From a bacterium (GTDB lineage: Bacteria > UBA10199 > 2-02-FULL-44-16 > JAAZCA01): 64,000 bases of DNA. The stretch's first letter is position 1; the number at the start of each line of letters is the position of its first letter. Positions 41,252 through 52,239 of the stretch are shown in pieces. Location: positions 288,001-352,000 of the forward strand of contig CAXXGI010000002.1 of NCBI GenBank assembly GCA_963674695.2. The letters are read 5' to 3'. The position numbers were made by a program, and so were the translations under genes. The notes beneath the pieces are model-generated. The model searched no databases. It saw nothing but the letters and a program-made list of their open reading frames with translations, and was not told the DNA's origin.

Positions 41252-41461
41252 ATGGTTCAGCGTATTATCCGGATGATCAAACCCCGCCGCCGCATAACGA
41301 AGGACTCGACCTTGCCGACGGTTTCTGAAGAGCAGTTCGCCGAGTTGACCCAGCAGCGGGCTTTCGAACTCTATTCCCGCCGTGGAACGGATCAGGGCGA
41401 TGCCCTGGCCGACTGGCTCGAGGCCGAGCAACAGGTCCGGGTGGAAGTCGAAGTCGGATAA
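41252..41461 (+). CDS. DUF2934-like small protein
   Basis: QRAFELYSRRG...GDALADWLEAEQQV; GGGAGG RBS. Confidence 0.8.
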   Translation: MVQRIIRMIKPRRRITKDSTLPTVSEEQFAELTQQRAFELYSRRGTDQGDALADWLEAEQQVRVEVEVG

Positions 41462-41481
41462 GTGCGGCCTGTCGGTGTCGA

Positions 41482-42099
41482 TTACGGCACGAGTCTCATC
41501 GCAGCGCTCCAGAGGAAATAACCGCCGAACGCCGTCATGATCAGGCCGCAGAGGCGCAGGACCCAGCGTTGCCAGGCCCCGCCCAACCGAATGGAACGCG
41601 CGGCACCATACCCCACCAATCCATACCAGCAGAGATCCACGAGGATGTGCGCCAGAAAGGCGAGGATGAGCACCCCTGCCGACCACTCGAGCGCTCGGGC
41701 GATGATCGCCGCACCGGCGGTGGCCCACCAGAGAAAGAAATAGGGATTGAGCGAAGCGATGATGCCGGCGGCGATGGAGCGGCGAGTACGCTTTCCTTCG
41801 GGCATGATCGCTATTGCCGGTTGTGCGCGCAGGTTCTCGATGCCCATCCCGATGAGCATCGCGCCACCGGCGAGCCCCACGACGACATAGGTGGTTGGAC
41901 CCTTCAGGAAGTGCGCAAGTCCGAAGGCGATGAGCAGGACGAGTGGCCCTTCGACGGCAGCGTGCCCGACAACGACTTCGAGTCCCGCCCAGCGGTTGCG
42001 CGGCGCGGCGCCGATCACGACCGCCAAGACCGGTCCGGGCATCAGCGCACCTGAAGTTGAGATGGCGGCAACCGAGAGGAGAAAGAGGAGGATGTCCAT
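41482..42099 (-). CDS. LysE family translocator
   Basis: SGALMPGPV, GHAAVE, LNPYFFLWW; ~6 TM segments. Confidence 0.88.
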   Translation of the reverse strand: MDILLFLLSVAAISTSGALMPGPVLAVVIGAAPRNRWAGLEVVVGHAAVEGPLVLLIAFGLAHFLKGPTTYVVVGLAGGAMLIGMGIENLRAQPAIAIMPEGKRTRRSIAAGIIASLNPYFFLWWATAGAAIIARALEWSAGVLILAFLAHILVDLCWYGLVGYGAARSIRLGGAWQRWVLRLCGLIMTAFGGYFLWSAAMRLVP

Positions 42100-42102
42100 G
42101 GG

Positions 42103-42282
42103 TCAGGCGATCAATTCCAGCATGCGCTCGGCCAGGCGCACGTGTTCGATTTCGTCTTGGCGGATCACTTCGATTTTTTCGCGCACCTCTGCATCCTGCA
42201 CTTGGTCGAGAATATTTGTATAAATCTCGACGGCCCGCTGCTCCACCTCAAGGATTTTTTCAAACTCAGTTTTAGAAATCAT
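42103..42282 (-). CDS. Half-ferritin-like protein B2 (59 aa, absent from ORF track)
   Basis: Manual translation MISKTEFEKILEVEQRAVEIYTNILDQVQDAEVREKIEVIRQDEIEHVRLAERMLELIA; paralog of B1. Confidence 0.82.
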   Translation of the reverse strand: MISKTEFEKILEVEQRAVEIYTNILDQVQDAEVREKIEVIRQDEIEHVRLAERMLELIA

Positions 42283-42517
42283 CGGCGTCCTTTCCGCGAA
42301 TCAGTTCTTCGGTTTCATGCACCAGTTTTTTATGGCGTTCCGAGTCGGTCTTGATCGTCGTGAGGATGCTGCGGATCTCATCGCGCGCTTCGGGCGAGAC
42401 GCCGAAATCGGCGTTGCGCTCGATGTGAAACGAGAGGATCTGCGCCAGAGCGTTGATATGAGATTCCTCCAGCGCGTGGGCATCTTTGAGGGATTGCAGC
42501 AGGAGATCGCGGTGCAT
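42272..42517 (-). CDS. Half-ferritin-like protein A2 (81 aa)
   Basis: MHRDLL...ALEES...TDSERH; GAGGAG RBS; paralog of A1. Confidence 0.8.
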   Translation of the reverse strand: MHRDLLLQSLKDAHALEESHINALAQILSFHIERNADFGVSPEARDEIRSILTTIKTDSERHKKLVHETEELIRGKDADDF

Positions 42518-42550
42518 GTGGTGCTCCTCGATGAAGGGTGCGTTGGCCAA

Positions 42551-42733
42551 TCATTCTTGAATCAGTTCGAGCAGGCGCTCGGCAATCTTGATGTGCCGCT
42601 CCTCGTCGTCGCGGATCTCTGCGATTTTGTCGCGCACGTTCTCGCGCGTGATCTGTTCGACCAACTTTTGGTAGTGATCGCGCGCCTGGATCTCGAGCCC
42701 GAGGATCTTTTCAAAATCTGCTTTAGATGTCAT
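42551..42733 (-). CDS. Half-ferritin-like protein B1 (60 aa)
   Basis: MTSKADFEKILGLEIQARDHY...DDEERH. Confidence 0.82.
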   Translation of the reverse strand: MTSKADFEKILGLEIQARDHYQKLVEQITRENVRDKIAEIRDDEERHIKIAERLLELIQE

Positions 42734-42962
42734 CGCTGTCCACCCCGTAGATGAGGTCCTTTGTCTCTTCCAAATACCGCCGATGCTTGCGGCAATCTTC
42801 CGTGAGGATCGTGAGCAGCCCCTTGATCTCGAGCCGATTCTTCTCGGGGATGTCGTCTTGACGGTCGGTGTAGAAGGAGAGGATCTGCGTGAGCATGAGG
42901 ACGATCGATTCCTCCATCGCATCGCCTCGAGAGAGGGCTTCGAGTAGCTGGGTTCGCTCCAT
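42723..42962 (-). CDS. Half-ferritin-like protein A1 (79 aa)
   Basis: MERTQLL...AMEES...EDCRKH. Confidence 0.8.
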   Translation of the reverse strand: MERTQLLEALSRGDAMEESIVLMLTQILSFYTDRQDDIPEKNRLEIKGLLTILTEDCRKHRRYLEETKDLIYGVDSDDI

Positions 42963-42985
42963 GGGGAATCCTTTCGACAAAAACC

Positions 42986-43014
42986 ATTGTATCGTCGATG
43001 GGGGGATCGCGCAA
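42986..43014 (-). promoter_or_regulatory. Sigma70-like promoter of the half-ferritin/LysE operon
   Basis: TTGCGC-N17-TACAAT. Confidence 0.55.
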
Positions 43015-43054
43015 GAAGTCGATGGATGACGAAGGTGGGGGGCTTTGACGGAAC

Positions 43055-43133
43055 AAAAAACAGGGGGCCCAACCACGGGCCCCCAAAGGGAGGAGAATTG
43101 TCTGTGTCAGATGTTTCCGTTTGTGCGTTCTCA
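43055..43133 (-). ncRNA. Candidate ~80-nt sRNA with anti-Shine-Dalgarno motif
   Basis: GCAAC-N15-GCCGATAA promoter (43140-43167); CTCCTCCC (43088-43095); GGGGGCCC/GGGCCCCC stem followed by T6. Confidence 0.55.
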
Positions 43134-43276
43134 TAACTGTTATCGGCGAAGGGATGTGTAAAGTTGCGTTTTTAATACAAAAACCGTTTACAAAAGAGAA
43201 CAGCCGATCCCCCCTTTTCATGTTCGGGTTGGTGCATATAATGAGGAACGTCATTCGATCGGAACGGGGGGAATTC

Positions 43277-44335
43277 ATGCAATGTATTCGGTACAGAGGA
43301 CGATGGCTCTTCGCTATGGCGTTGATCGCGATAACCCTCTTTGCAGCGGTTTCGCTCGAAGCGGCTGAGCTTAGTGATGCCGCTCCATTTCAGGTGACCT
43401 CTGCGATGCGCGGGCGGCCGGATCCGGAAGGGACGCCCACGCCGGTCAAGATCGGTGTCTATATCCTGGACGTCTACGATATCGATGATGTAGAGCAGAC
43501 CTTCACCGCAGAGTTCGCCTATCGCCTGCAGTGGCGCGATGAACGCCTGGCGGCGGGGCTCGCTGAAGGCGAGACGCGGCGCTTCGGGATGGAGGAGGTC
43601 TGGCGCCCAAACGTCCTCGTCTTCAACGGGCGCGGGCTCGAGTCACAGGTGGAACGCTTCATCGAGGTCGATGCACAGGGAAACGTCAGTCTCTGGCAGC
43701 GCGATTATGGTGATCTCGCCTTTCGTTTGAACCTGCGCGATTTTCCATTCGATACCCATCATCTTCCCATCATCTTCGTCTCCGGTCGCTATGGCCCGGA
43801 AGCGGTTCGCTTCGAGGTCGATCGGCGCTTCACCGGCGAGTCGGAAGAGCTCGCCATCGCCGATTGGATGATTCGAGCCGCCGAGCCGAGGCTGGATGGA
43901 TATCACTTCGCTCCCCAGGGGCGCGATCTGTCGATGGCGGTCTTTCGCATCGAGGCGACGCGTCGCGTGGGTTTCTTCGTCTGGCGCGTCATCGCTCCGC
44001 TCATGCTCATCGTCTTCATGTCCTGGATGGTCTTCTGGATCGATCCAAATCACCTGGAGGCCCAGGTGGGGGTTTCAGCCACATCGGTGCTCACGCTCGT
44101 CGCCTTTCAGTTTGCCTTGGGCGTGTTGCTCCCGCGCATCGCGTATCTGACGCGCATCGACATCTTCATTCTCATCACATCGTTGTTGGTTTTTCTAGCG
44201 CTCGTGGAGGGAGTCGTTACCAGCGGGTTGGCCGGGAAGGGGCGCCATGAAACGGCGCTTCGCATCGACTGGTGGTCGCGACGACTCTTCCCGACGGTCT
44301 ATGTTGTCGCCTCGGCGCTGACGTTTCTGCTCTGA
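43277..44335 (+). CDS. Prokaryotic pentameric ligand-gated ion channel (ELIC/GLIC-like)
   Basis: Signal peptide; IDDVEQTFTAEF..RLQWRD; VWRPNV; Pro-loop LRDFPFD; four TM helices; YLTRID. Confidence 0.88.
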   Translation: MQCIRYRGRWLFAMALIAITLFAAVSLEAAELSDAAPFQVTSAMRGRPDPEGTPTPVKIGVYILDVYDIDDVEQTFTAEFAYRLQWRDERLAAGLAEGETRRFGMEEVWRPNVLVFNGRGLESQVERFIEVDAQGNVSLWQRDYGDLAFRLNLRDFPFDTHHLPIIFVSGRYGPEAVRFEVDRRFTGESEELAIADWMIRAAEPRLDGYHFAPQGRDLSMAVFRIEATRRVGFFVWRVIAPLMLIVFMSWMVFWIDPNHLEAQVGVSATSVLTLVAFQFALGVLLPRIAYLTRIDIFILITSLLVFLALVEGVVTSGLAGKGRHETALRIDWWSRRLFPTVYVVASALTFLL

Positions 44336-44350
44336 GGGTTCGAACGGTTT

Positions 44351-45490
44351 TTATCGATGCACGTGGGAATAGGCGCGCACGATTTCCAACACGCGCCCGA
44401 GCGGCAGGGCATTGGCGCGATTGCCCGAGTGCCCCTCCATCGTCTCGGCCATGCACAGCGCATTCATGATGGCCTCTTCGGTTGCCTCGATCGTGGCGCG
44501 ATAGAGCGGGTCGATGGCTGTATCGAGCAGCACCTTCATCTTATAGCGCATCTTCTTCGACTGCCTCGGGACCGTGTTGGCGGTGGAGAATCCCACCATG
44601 ATCTCGCCCGAATCGTTTGCCGCGATCGATCCGCAGCGCCCGACACCGAGGGCCGCGCGTTTGCACAGCCGCGCGATCTGGTGCGACATGAGCGGCGCAT
44701 TGGTGGCGACCACGACGATGATGCTGCCGTAGTTGTGTTCGCGCCGGGGCTCGGTGCGCATCTCCTCCATGAGTATCTCGCCCAAGGGAATGCCGTCCAG
44801 GCGCAGGTCCGCCATCGTGCCGAAGTTGCTCATGACCAGCACGCCGACCACATAGCCGCCCTCCGCCGGTGGCAGGCGCCGTGAGGAGGTGCCGATGCCG
44901 CCCTTGAAGTCGCAGCTGACCATGCCCGTTCCGCCGCCGACGTTCCCTTCTGCAACCGGACCACTGCTGGCATTTGCGATCGCCTCGAGGACGTGTTCTT
45001 CGCGAACGTGTCCGCCGCCGATGTCGTTGAGCCAGGAATCGTCGCATTCGCCCACGACCGGGATGATGACATCATGAATCGTGCCGATGCCGGGGTAGCG
45101 GTCGACCATATACCTGACCACCGCGTCCGAACAGGTGCCGACCGAGAGGGTGTTGGTGAGCAGGATCGGCGTCTCGATGAGCCCCCACTCCACCACCTGC
45201 GTGAGCCCCGAGACCTCGCCCGCGCCGTTGAGGATGAAGCCGCTGCCGACGACGCGTTCGTGAAAGATGTCGCCGCCCACCGGCAGGATCGCGGTCACCC
45301 CGGTGCGCGCGGGGCCCTTGCCCGATCGGAGCTTGCCCTCCCCCTCCCCGTGAACGACCGTTGCGTGTCCGACCATGACGCCCGGCACATCGGTGATCGC
45401 ATTGAAGCGGCCGGTGGGATAGCGTCCAATTTTGACACCCAGCCCGCGCAGCCGCACGCGTTTGCCTTCGCGGATCTTTTTGTCGACCAT
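44351..45490 (-). CDS. DmpA-like aminopeptidase (P1/S58 family)
   Basis: NAITDVPGV, RTGVTAI, LNGAGE, VVGECDDS, GGGTGM...FKGGIGTSSR; autoproteolysis G|SIIVVVAT. Confidence 0.92.
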   Translation of the reverse strand: MVDKKIREGKRVRLRGLGVKIGRYPTGRFNAITDVPGVMVGHATVVHGEGEGKLRSGKGPARTGVTAILPVGGDIFHERVVGSGFILNGAGEVSGLTQVVEWGLIETPILLTNTLSVGTCSDAVVRYMVDRYPGIGTIHDVIIPVVGECDDSWLNDIGGGHVREEHVLEAIANASSGPVAEGNVGGGTGMVSCDFKGGIGTSSRRLPPAEGGYVVGVLVMSNFGTMADLRLDGIPLGEILMEEMRTEPRREHNYGSIIVVVATNAPLMSHQIARLCKRAALGVGRCGSIAANDSGEIMVGFSTANTVPRQSKKMRYKMKVLLDTAIDPLYRATIEATEEAIMNALCMAETMEGHSGNRANALPLGRVLEIVRAYSHVHR

Positions 45491-45492
45491 CG

Positions 45493-47550
45493 CTACCCCC
45501 TACGTCCCAAGAGCTGTTCCCGTCGGCGCTCGCGCATGCGGCGCAGCGCCGGCGCCATGATCTCGCCGACGAGGGCGCGAAAACCGATGCCCACCGCCTC
45601 GGCGATGACACAGAAATCAGAAAACCCGGGCGTGAGCCCCGGGAGCGGATTGCACTCGACGAAGTGGACGTGACCTTTTTCATCCAGGCGCAGGTCGATG
45701 CGCGCAAAGTCGCGGCAGCCCAGGACCGTGAACGCCGACTTGGCCACGCGCTCCAACTCGCGCTTGAGCGGTGGTTCGACGTTCGCCGGCACCTCGAATC
45801 GCACCTTGTCGACGTTGAAGAATTTACTCTCGAACGTATAGAGCAGATACTTCGGGCTGCGGTCGAGGAAGATCACCTCCATCGGCGGCAGCGCGCGCGG
45901 ACGGCGCTCGCCCAAAAGCGCCACGGTGAATTCGCGGCCCGGGAGAAAGTGCTCCACGATCAGGGCCTGGTGGTAGCGCCCGACGATCTCCTGCACCAGT
46001 TCGCGCAGCCCTTTCTCGTCTTCGGCCACGCTCGTGCGCAACACACCTTTGGAACTGCCCTCGGCCACGGGTTTTGCGATGACCGGAAATTCGAACCCCT
46101 TGGGCAGGCGTTCGCGTCCGGTGGTCATGAGGAGAAACGGCGGCGTGCGCAGACCCGCCTGCGCGATGAGGCGTTTGGCCAACCCCTTGTCGTGTGAGAG
46201 CGAGAGGGTGGCTGGATCCGAGCCCGTGTAGGGGATTCCCAGCAGTTCGAGGAGCGCGGGCACCTGCGACTCGCGCGTGCGCCCTTCGATCCCCTCGGCG
46301 ACGTTGAAGGCGACGTCGATTCCCGATGCCGGCAAGATCGACGGGAGCTCGCGCGTCGCCTCCAGCCGCACCACGTTATGGCCGTAGGAGGCGATCGCCT
46401 CCTCGATGGCGGCGACCGTGTCGGGCGAGTCGAACTCGGCCTCGTCATCGCCCGTGGCTTCGTCGAGACGGTTTTCCATGCGGCGCAGATTGTAGATGAG
46501 TCCCACCTGGATGGGGGCACGTGCGAAGCTGCGCCGCGAGCTCTTGAGCGTGATGCCGAAACGATCGGCGGCGCTCGAGATGATCGCCTGTAGGACCTTC
46601 TCGATCGAGCCCAGACCCACGAGCGCAGCCGATTCGTAGATGGACGCGCCCGGCTCGAGGCTCGGCAGGGCGTTGACCTCGATGAAGTGCAATTCGCCGG
46701 CGGCATCGAGACGGAAGTCGACGCGTCCGGCGTCGCGCACGCCGAGAGCGGCGATCACGCGACGCGTGAGGTCGAAGGCGCGGTCGCGAATGCTCGCGTC
46801 GATCTGGGCCGGCACGCGCACGGAGACCGCGTCGAAGTGCGTGGCCTTGAGGTCGTAGTCGTAGATCTGATAGCGGCGCGGTCCGGTGATGGCCTCGTCG
46901 AAGCAATACTGCGCCGGTTCGAGTACGCCCCCGCGCTTGGGTGCGGCCTTTTCCAGGAACGGGACGGTGATGTCCTGCCCCACGATGAACTCCTCGACGA
47001 GCACGCCCGTGGGAAAGCGCTGCAGCAGCGACTCGACCAGAGGGGCGAGCTCCAGCGCGTTCTCCACGATGGAGTCCTGCGTGATCCCCATCGAACTCCC
47101 CTCGAAGTTCGGTTTGACGATCACGGGAAAACGCAGCGTGGAGGCGGCCAGCAGCTCGATCTGTTCGCGCCGTTCGACGAAGACCGAATGTGGTGTGGGC
47201 ACGCCTCGGGCTGCCAAGACCATCTTGGTCAGCTGCTTGTCGAGCGTGAGGGCGCAGACATAGGCGTCCGACATGGTAAACGGCAGGCCCAGCCGGTCGA
47301 AGAGCGCCGGATAGAAGGCCTCGCGAAAACGTCCGCGGCTGCCCTCGGCGGTGTTGAAGACCAGATCCGGCGCGAGCGCCTCCAGGCGCGCGACGATGCG
47401 CGAGGCGGGTCCGGCCACATCGATGGGTTCCACCTCGTGACCGAGGGCGCGCAGCGCCTCGGTGATGGCGGCGACGGTCTCGGGCCGATCGAACTCGGCC
47501 TCGTCCTCGCTCGTGGACAGCTGCAGGTTGTGCGTGAAGGCGATCTTCAT
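45493..47550 (-). CDS. Fused tandem D-Ala-D-Ala-ligase-like ATP-grasp domains
   Basis: Two copies of DEAEFD.P.TVAAI...FN.AEG...LDK/HDK...KP..EGSS.G...R.D.R...E.N.LP. Confidence 0.88.
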   Translation of the reverse strand: MKIAFTHNLQLSTSEDEAEFDRPETVAAITEALRALGHEVEPIDVAGPASRIVARLEALAPDLVFNTAEGSRGRFREAFYPALFDRLGLPFTMSDAYVCALTLDKQLTKMVLAARGVPTPHSVFVERREQIELLAASTLRFPVIVKPNFEGSSMGITQDSIVENALELAPLVESLLQRFPTGVLVEEFIVGQDITVPFLEKAAPKRGGVLEPAQYCFDEAITGPRRYQIYDYDLKATHFDAVSVRVPAQIDASIRDRAFDLTRRVIAALGVRDAGRVDFRLDAAGELHFIEVNALPSLEPGASIYESAALVGLGSIEKVLQAIISSAADRFGITLKSSRRSFARAPIQVGLIYNLRRMENRLDEATGDDEAEFDSPDTVAAIEEAIASYGHNVVRLEATRELPSILPASGIDVAFNVAEGIEGRTRESQVPALLELLGIPYTGSDPATLSLSHDKGLAKRLIAQAGLRTPPFLLMTTGRERLPKGFEFPVIAKPVAEGSSKGVLRTSVAEDEKGLRELVQEIVGRYHQALIVEHFLPGREFTVALLGERRPRALPPMEVIFLDRSPKYLLYTFESKFFNVDKVRFEVPANVEPPLKRELERVAKSAFTVLGCRDFARIDLRLDEKGHVHFVECNPLPGLTPGFSDFCVIAEAVGIGFRALVGEIMAPALRRMRERRREQLLGRRG

Positions 47551-47565
47551 GGGTGGGCGCTGCTC

Positions 47566-48558
47566 CTATATGTTCTCGTCCTTGACCTTGATGCGCGGAA
47601 ACCAGATGGCGCGATGGGCCAGCGTGAACTGCCCGCGCAGGTGCTCCCATGCCTTCTCGATGAGCCGCCGGGCCAGAAGAGAGATGAGTTCGTCGGGCAC
47701 GCCGTCCTTGTGCTCCGATTTCGGATAGATGGCACACTGGTCGTTCATATAATCGATGGCGATGAACCGTTTGGTCTTGGCGCACTGCGCGATCTCGCAG
47801 GAGAACCAGTCGACGCGCGTGATGCGCCCGATCTCGGAGGCAATGCGCATGAGCGGCATGAGCCGATGTTCGTCCATCTGGCGCAGCGTCACCTGGGTGT
47901 ATTCGTGCGTCTCCGGGTTCCACCAGCAGGGGATGATCTCGCCGAAGAGCTGATAGACGCGAAACCAGGCCGGACGTCCTTCGATCACGCGCGTGGTGAT
48001 GAACTCCTGCAACAGGAAGTTGTCGCCCGGCGAGAACTTCCGTGCGCGCGCGATCTCGGCGAGCGTCTGTTTCGAGCGGACGATGGCCACGCCCTGTTGT
48101 CCGAAACCGAGTGCGGGTTTGATGACAAACGGGGTTCCCAAGAGTTCGCGCTCTTGGGCGGAGAGCCGTCGCGAGGGTTCCCAATGGCGAATGACGATCG
48201 TGGCCGGCACCGGAACGCGCGAGCGCACGAGGTCGAAGTGGGTAATCGATTTGTCGGCGGCCGAACGCACCGCGTCCGGGTCGTCGATGATGCGCGCGCC
48301 CGAATCCTTGGCGCGATAGACGAACTGGGTGAAGGGGTGAGCGGTGTCGAAGGTCTCCGAGGCCATGTCGATGAGGACGCGGATTTTCAGTCGACCAGCG
48401 GCAAGATCCCGCGCATCGCGCGCGAGGGTTTTTTCATCGATGCAGCGAAAGGAGATCTGCCGCACGCGGCATTCCTCATCGAGGGCATTGATGAACGGAT
48501 CGCGTTTGTCGCGGGGTTCGGGCCAGGCGATAGCCACATCCGCCGTTTTCTCCGGCAT
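47566..48558 (-). CDS. ATP-grasp-fold protein
   Basis: AADKSITH...VPVPAT...PFVIKPALGFG...LLQEFI...IDYMNDQC; GGAGG RBS; TTGACC-N18-TATGAT upstream. Confidence 0.75.
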   Translation of the reverse strand: MPEKTADVAIAWPEPRDKRDPFINALDEECRVRQISFRCIDEKTLARDARDLAAGRLKIRVLIDMASETFDTAHPFTQFVYRAKDSGARIIDDPDAVRSAADKSITHFDLVRSRVPVPATIVIRHWEPSRRLSAQERELLGTPFVIKPALGFGQQGVAIVRSKQTLAEIARARKFSPGDNFLLQEFITTRVIEGRPAWFRVYQLFGEIIPCWWNPETHEYTQVTLRQMDEHRLMPLMRIASEIGRITRVDWFSCEIAQCAKTKRFIAIDYMNDQCAIYPKSEHKDGVPDELISLLARRLIEKAWEHLRGQFTLAHRAIWFPRIKVKDENI

Positions 48559-48612
48559 GGATCCTCCGAAACCGCATCATACTGGGGAAGGCAGGCGGAG
48601 GTCAACGGCGCA

Positions 48613-48999
48613 TCAACAGATCACCGATGGGGGATCTCGTTCGATGAACTGAACCTTGTCGATGCGATGGTTCGTCTGATGGAAGCGTACGGCGGCGAGT
48701 CGCGAGAGGTCGCCGTGTTTCTGTTCGAAATACCGCAGCGCGCGGAGATAGGCATTCATATCGTTCCGGGCGTTGCGGGCCTGGTCCATGCGACCGTCGC
48801 CGTCGATGAAGCCGGAGTAGTAGTCGACGTACTGGTATTTCCCCTTCCGAAAATCCCCCTCCAGGCCGATCAGGTCGAGTGTCTCGACCGTGTTCCGATC
48901 TCCCAGAGAGCTGCGCCGCGCGATCGCCTTGAGGATCGCGTAGTCGCGCAGGGGTTCGGTGGCTTCAAACCACCCGGTCTTCGGTGTCGATGTGAGCAT
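48613..48999 (-). CDS. Hypothetical protein
   Basis: ORF with GGGGAG RBS; no recognised motif. Confidence 0.5.
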   Translation of the reverse strand: MLTSTPKTGWFEATEPLRDYAILKAIARRSSLGDRNTVETLDLIGLEGDFRKGKYQYVDYYSGFIDGDGRMDQARNARNDMNAYLRALRYFEQKHGDLSRLAAVRFHQTNHRIDKVQFIERDPPSVIC

Positions 49000-49144
49000 G
49001 ATCTCCCCCCATGAAGCGCATCGTTTCAATCGTGGGAGCGATTGTGCCGCCGGAGGGGAGAGGAGGCAAGCCGCAGTGCGGCAAAAGGAACGTCCTTGTC
49101 TTTCGATGTATTCTCGTTATGATGCGTCACCAGGAGGATCACCC

Positions 49145-49588
49145 ATGCGCAACGCGCTCATCATCGCCATCGCGGCTTTCATTTTGCTCACCACGCTCTG
49201 TTTTCTCGGAATGCCCGAGGCCCAGGAGGGCTTTTCCGCGCCGCGTGCGACCAAGGCTTCGAGCAGTTCTTCCATCCATCAGGTGCAGCGCGATGGCCCG
49301 ATCGAAGGGTGCGAAGAGCGGGGCCTGCAGGACAAGATCGTCTACATCGGAACGCCCAGCTGCCCCAATTGTCGAAAGGCCAAGCCCATTATCGATACCG
49401 TGATTGAAGAAGAAAAGTTGGGGGGGAGCTACATCGAGATCGATACCCGCGATTCCGTTTCACGAAAGCAGATGGATGAATACCGCATCAGCGTTCGCTT
49501 TGTTCCGACGCTCATCTCCGGGTGCCGTGCGCACGTCGGCGCGCGCAACAAGGAAGCCTACCGCAAGATCATGAAGCCGAAGTCGTAG
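49145..49588 (+). CDS. Exported thioredoxin-like protein
   Basis: Signal/TM segment; CPNC; cis-Pro VPTL; AGGAGG RBS. Confidence 0.8.
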   Translation: MRNALIIAIAAFILLTTLCFLGMPEAQEGFSAPRATKASSSSSIHQVQRDGPIEGCEERGLQDKIVYIGTPSCPNCRKAKPIIDTVIEEEKLGGSYIEIDTRDSVSRKQMDEYRISVRFVPTLISGCRAHVGARNKEAYRKIMKPKS

Positions 49589-49863
49589 GAACGTTTCCTT
49601 TCGAGACCCTTTCCCTGGTATGTTTTTACCCTCTTCCGCCAAAAAAGAGACATGATCGCTCACGGCATTTCGCATACTTAGCGTAAGATGCACTTTTGCC
49701 ACCTCTTGCGTCGTCTGTCGCTCGCGCATCTAACCTCTCGTTCGAACAGGGTATATTGCTCTGGGGATCGCCGACCCCGGCTCTGACGTGTTCTGGAATA
49801 CAACTTGCTTCTTTCATCTCCGACGATGGGAGCTGGTTGGATCCACAACCGAAGGGGGGTTCT

Positions 49864-51876
<2,013 letters not shown>

Positions 51877-51899
51877 ATTCCCGGCGTGGGTGTGTACGA

Positions 51900-52110
51900 G
51901 GGGAGGGGGCCTTGAGGCCTCCTCCCCGAGGTTGATGACAAACCTTGGTTTTGTCATCCCGACCGACCGAGTTGTACGAGGGAGTGGAGGGATCTCATGA
52001 GATTCCTCGACTCCCCCGGCATCATACGATGCCGGGTCCGCTCGGAATGACATCATGAGGACTTTGTCAGCAGTCTGGAGAGGGGGCTAAAGCCTCCTCC
52101 CCTTTGTTTT
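51900..52110. repeat. Composite palindrome: two GGGGGC/GCCTCCTCCCC hairpins flanking REP-like copy 4 (51952-52052)
   Basis: Hairpins 51900-51927 and 52077-52102; GATGACAAA/TTTGTCAGC inverted arms; TGTCATCCCG...CGGAATGACA. Confidence 0.75.
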
Positions 52111-52168
52111 GGTGGGGAGGGATGTCAGGGCAATCCTACAATGTCGGATATGCAAAGAAGTCGTGTCG

Positions 52169-52196
52169 GCAACTTCTGAATCATCTCGACCGATAA
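52169..52196 (+). promoter_or_regulatory. Sigma28-like promoter
   Basis: GCAAC-N15-ACCGATAA. Confidence 0.55.
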
Positions 52197-52239
52197 TAGA
52201 TATGACGGGAGGAATCAATGCGTATGCGGGGAGACGTGT

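Noticed and set aside
42551-43278. Long track versions of ORFs (173, 117 and 182 aa) over the half-ferritin region
   Set aside because: N-terminal extensions run through promoter and terminator sequence; paralog alignment fixes starts at 42733 and 42962.
49600-49863. Possible c-di-GMP riboswitch upstream of the chitinase
   Set aside because: No GEMM consensus (GGCAAAC...GAAA...GACGCAAAG) recognisable.
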